Made by a program: the position numbers and the translations under genes. Below the pieces are notes generated by a model that saw nothing but the letters and a program-made list of their open reading frames with translations, was not told the origin of the DNA and ran no database searches. This document shows positions 60,345 through 64,000 of a stretch of 64,000 bases of DNA, piece after piece. The first letter of the stretch is position 1; each line of letters begins with the position of its first letter. The DNA comes from Octopus bimaculoides (taxonomy: Eukaryota), in assembly GCF_001194135.2 (NCBI RefSeq), contig NC_068983.1:3638333-3702332 (forward strand), in the 5' to 3' direction.

Positions 60345-61140
60345 GCACTAGCCCCCTTGACCTGTATGTTCCACCCACACACCCTGTCTCACTGTTTCAT
60401 TGCAAATTCTATAAATGTACCTAAACTAGTTTTTGTTAAGTTCACACTTTATTGTGTTACCTGTCTGTCATATGACAATGTCAGAACATATGTTTCAAAT
60501 TGTGGGTAACACCAGGAAATATGGCTTACACTCAAACTTCTATCAAATTTCTTGGTTTTTATACGAAATGAAATAAATACTAATTTTCAAAGCAAAAATA
60601 TTTATTACTTTAGAATAAAATAATTAAATAAAACATAACTCCCCAGTCCTGTCCTCTTGGCCTTGGACCACTGCATCATTGCTCTTCACTAACCCCCTAA
60701 CCTGTGTGTTCTACCAACATCCCCTGTCTCAGTATTATTGCTCTCCAAGGCGCCGAGCTGGCAGAAACGTTACCCTGCTGGGCGAAATGCTGAGCGGTAT
60801 TTCGTCTGTCTTTATGTTCTGAGTTCAAATTCTGCTGAGGTCGACTTTGCCTTTCATCCTTTCGGGGTCGATAAATTAAGTACCAGTTGCATACTAGGGT
60901 CGATCTAATCGACTGCCCCCCCCCTCCTCCCAACAATTTTGGGCTTTGTGCATAGAGTAGAAAAAAAAAGTTTTATTGCTTTCCACTAGCCCCCTGACCA
61001 GTGTGTTCCACCCACACACCCTGTCTCACTGTATCATTGCTCTCCACTTGCCCCGCAACCTGTGTGTCCCATCCACATGCCCTGTCTCACTGTATCATTG
61101 CTCTCTGCTAGCCCCTGACCTGTGTGTTCCACCCACATGT
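60345..61140. repeat. Dispersed/tandem about 61-bp unit (cctgacc.gtgtgttccacccacac.ccctgtctcactgtatcattgctctcc) interrupted by a SINE
   Basis: Copies at about 60350, 60695, 60990, 61050 and 61110. Confidence 0.75.
60748..60970 (+). mobile_element. SINE family B (tail B, oligo-A end) with a 13-bp TSD
   Basis: ttattgctctcca (60735-60747) / ttattgctttcca (60973-60985). Confidence 0.85.
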
Positions 61141-62407
61141 AACAAGAAAGCTTTTCACTCACCTTACCCCAACAAACCAATCTACATCTCCACATCTCTT
61201 CCTCACATTTCCTCCTTCATACACTACGCCTACCTCTCACTCCCCAATCCTGTCCTCATGGCCCTGTTCCTCTGTATCATTGCTATCTGGTAGCTTCCCC
61301 CACCACAATTCTATATATACCCAGGTTTCCACCACTCGCCCCCATCCTGCACTCTTTAATCACACTCCCTTCGCAATCTCCTGCCCTTATATTATGGCAT
61401 TTCGAACCCCACGGGTATGCCCTGGCACTTGCCACCATCTGTATCTCTCTCTCTTCCTTTACTCAACCATCCTATTTAATATTCTGATCCCTGTCCCTTG
61501 TGAGTATGCCCAGCCTTTTGCCACCCATCTCTATCCTGCTGTCTCCCACTCTCTCTCTCTCTCTCTCTCTCTCCTTCTCCTTCACTTCCCTCAGGTTGGA
61601 CAACCATGTATTTCCTTTGTAGCAGTTTCTGTCTTCATTCCTGATCTCTCTTTACTCTCCCCCCCCCCNNNNNNNNNNNNNNNNNNNNNNNNNNNNNNNN
61701 NNNNNNNNNNNNNNNNNNNNNNNNNNNNNNNNNNNNNNNNNNNNNNNNNNNNNNNNNNNNNNNNNNNNNNNNNNNNNNNNNNNNNNNNNNNNNNNNNNNN
61801 NNNNNNNNNNNNNNNNNNNNNNNNNNNNNNNNNNNNNNNNNNNNNNNNNNNNNNNNNNNNNNNNNNNNNNNNNNNNNNNNNNNNCCCCCCCCTCTCTGGG
61901 TAACCTTGTACTTCCTCTACAGCAAGACACCCGTTTCTGTTTCTCTGCCTCACTTTAACCTTTCATCATCCTACACAAGATCACCTCCTCCAATGCCCCC
62001 TCCCCTCTTGAAATTTTTTTTTTTGTCTTGCTAAGTACTTGGTGACCCTGTCAGTGCAGGTGCCACTTAAAATGCATCCGGTCCAGTGTGTGTGTGTAAA
62101 ATAAAAGATAGTCCCATATTTGAAATCTTGAAACTACAAGATAATTCCTGACTAATTCCAACCATTGTGAATAAATAAGCATTACATTTGACAGAGGAAT
62201 GCCAAACTTAATGGATCCAATTCCAAGCCGTTTTCTTAAAAACGTATTTATGCAGAATTTCAAAGAAATATGTGAATTTTTCAAAAGGTCTTAAGACCCT
62301 TATCCAGCACTTCTACCTCTCTCTTATGATTCTCTCAGACTCACTGTGTTTGCATATATGGCATTCTGTAGTCATCTCCTGCCACCAGTTACTCATCCTG
62401 TTCTTTA

Positions 62408-63110
62408 GCTGCTAGAATAAGAATAGCCTGGGCAAAGTTCAGAGAGCTCCTACCTCTGCTAGTGACAAAGGGCCGCTTGCTCAGAGTAAAAGGTAGACTG
62501 TATGGCGCACGTGTGCAAACAGCCATGCTACATGGCAGTGAAACATGGGCTGTGACTGCTGAGCACATGTGTAAGCTTACAAGGAATAAAGCCAGTATGC
62601 TCTGATGGATGTGTAATATCAGTGTGCATACACGACAGAGTGTAAGCGCCCTGAGAGAAAAGTTGGACATATGAAGCATAAAATGTTGTGTGCAAGAGAG
62701 ACGACTGCGCTTGTATGGTCATGTGTTGCGTATGGATGAGGAGAGCTGTGTGAAAAAGTGTCACACCCTAGCAGTAGAGGGAACCTGTGGAAGAGGTAGA
62801 TCCAGGAAGACCTGGGATGAGATAGGGAAGCATGATTTTCAAACATTGGGCCTCACTGAAGCTATGACAAGTGACCAAGACCTTTGGAGATATGCTGTGC
62901 TTGAGAAGACCTGGCAAGCCAAGTGAGACCGTAACTGTGGCCTTTGCCAGTGCAGCATAACCAGCTCATTTAAGGGTAGAATTCAATCATTGGGCAATAA
63001 ACTGCGCTTGCGAAGACCTGTTGAGTCAAGTGAAGTCATTGTCGTGGCTGATGACAGTACTGCCTGATTGGCACCTGTGCCGGTGGCACGTAAAAAGCAC
63101 CATTAAAATA
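62408..63110 (+). mobile_element. RTE LINE ORF2 C-terminus (stop 62926) plus start of the 3' UTR; links the abundant (GAT)n-tailed repeats to an RTE
   Basis: AARIRIAWAKFRELLPLL...MLHGSETW...QERRLRLYGHVLRMDEE...EGTCGRGRSRKTW...DLWRYAVLEKTWQAK*, then tggcacgtaaaaagcacc; two internal stops. Confidence 0.92.
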
Positions 63111-63681
63111 CATTTGATTGATTTATCAAGTCAGCAAATATGTAGCTTGCTTCCCAACCACATGGTTCCGGGTTCAGTCTGACTGCGTGGCACCTTAGGC
63201 AAGTGTCTTGAAAACAATTCAAACTTTGTACAAGTTCATACCTTGTAGAATTGAAGCTGTAATTTCTGCTAAAAGCAGTCCTACCCCATATTAAAATAAA
63301 TTTGTTTGAAATTTTAAGGTCTTTCCATTATTTTGTCCAACCCCTGTATATACCAGCTTATATTCATTCAACAGTTCTGATAAGGAAAAATGAAACATGC
63401 CAGGTGTATCCTATAGTTGATACTAACACTGGAAGAACTGTCTCATATTCAGCAGTTCTTGTTACTCCCGCTAATTATTCATGTAGGTAAACATGATAAA
63501 TACACTCCCCACTATCATATCTGAAATATACCCCATCTTGACCCAAATTCTTTACATTTTTCATTGGGTTCTGTCAATTGAAACTGTTGAAATTGTCACA
63601 AACAATTCCTTCAAATAAGTATTTACAGCTATTTAACCATCATCAACATCACTATCAACATTTAACTATATATATATATAT

Positions 63682-64000
63682 ATGGCAGAACTCGTCCTCA
63701 CCCTCAACTGCTTCACGTTCGCCGGAGATACCTGCCAACAAGAATCTGGGGTCGTGATGGGGACGAGAATGGGGCCCAATTACGCCAACCTCTTTGTTGG
63801 TTACATTGAGGCCCAAGTATTCTCCCAATTCTCCGGTCCGACCCCGGAACTATACGGTCGCTACATAGATGACTGTATAGGAGCCACCTCCCTCTCCCGC
63901 GAACAGCTCTGCCTTTTCATCTCCTTCCTCTCTAACTTCCACCCTGCTCTTGACTTTACTTCTACCATCTCTGACACCTCTGTCAACTTCCTCGACATCT
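63682..64000 (+). mobile_element. Penelope-like element reverse transcriptase core (open to the window end; absent from the ORF track)
   Basis: AELVLTLNCFTFAGDTCQQESGVVMGTRMGPNYANLFVGYIE...YGRYIDDCIG...FISFLSNFHPALDFT...VNFLDI; 106 codons without a stop. Confidence 0.88.

Larger units (their letters stand above)
23790..61884. other. Nine assembly gaps: 23790-23899, 24981-24990, 28170-29016, 41726-42017, 46929-47779, 49926-50058, 50483-51156, 54701-55022, 61669-61884
   Basis: Runs of N; exons or elements could be hidden inside. Confidence 0.99.

Overview
AT-rich, microsatellite- and transposon-dense eukaryotic scaffold with nine N-gaps. The repeat landscape (tRNA-headed SINEs, (GAT)n-tailed RTE LINE ends, long TA/CA/ATT tracts) is most consistent with an octopus/coleoid cephalopod genome (inference). 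Three protein-coding genes are well supported, each with its CDS in a single exon. Two are diverged LicD/fukutin-family nucleotidyltransferase-fold paralogs facing each other tail-to-tail (5629-6459 +, 17985-18800 -). The third is an Ikaros/Hunchback-type C2H2 zinc-finger gene with two N-terminal fingers and a C-terminal dimerisation finger pair (58348-59289 +). The rest is mostly repeats: three SINE families, many RTE fragments, Penelope-like pieces (RT, GIY-YIG, terminal repeats with hammerhead-ribozyme-like cores), a HERO-like RLE LINE end, Helitron ends including a 91-bp mini-Helitron, and MITEs with verifiable TIRs/TSDs. Most other ORFs in the supplied track are microsatellite, antisense-repeat or gap artefacts. 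All alignments were made by eye; family names come from motif recognition, not database searches.
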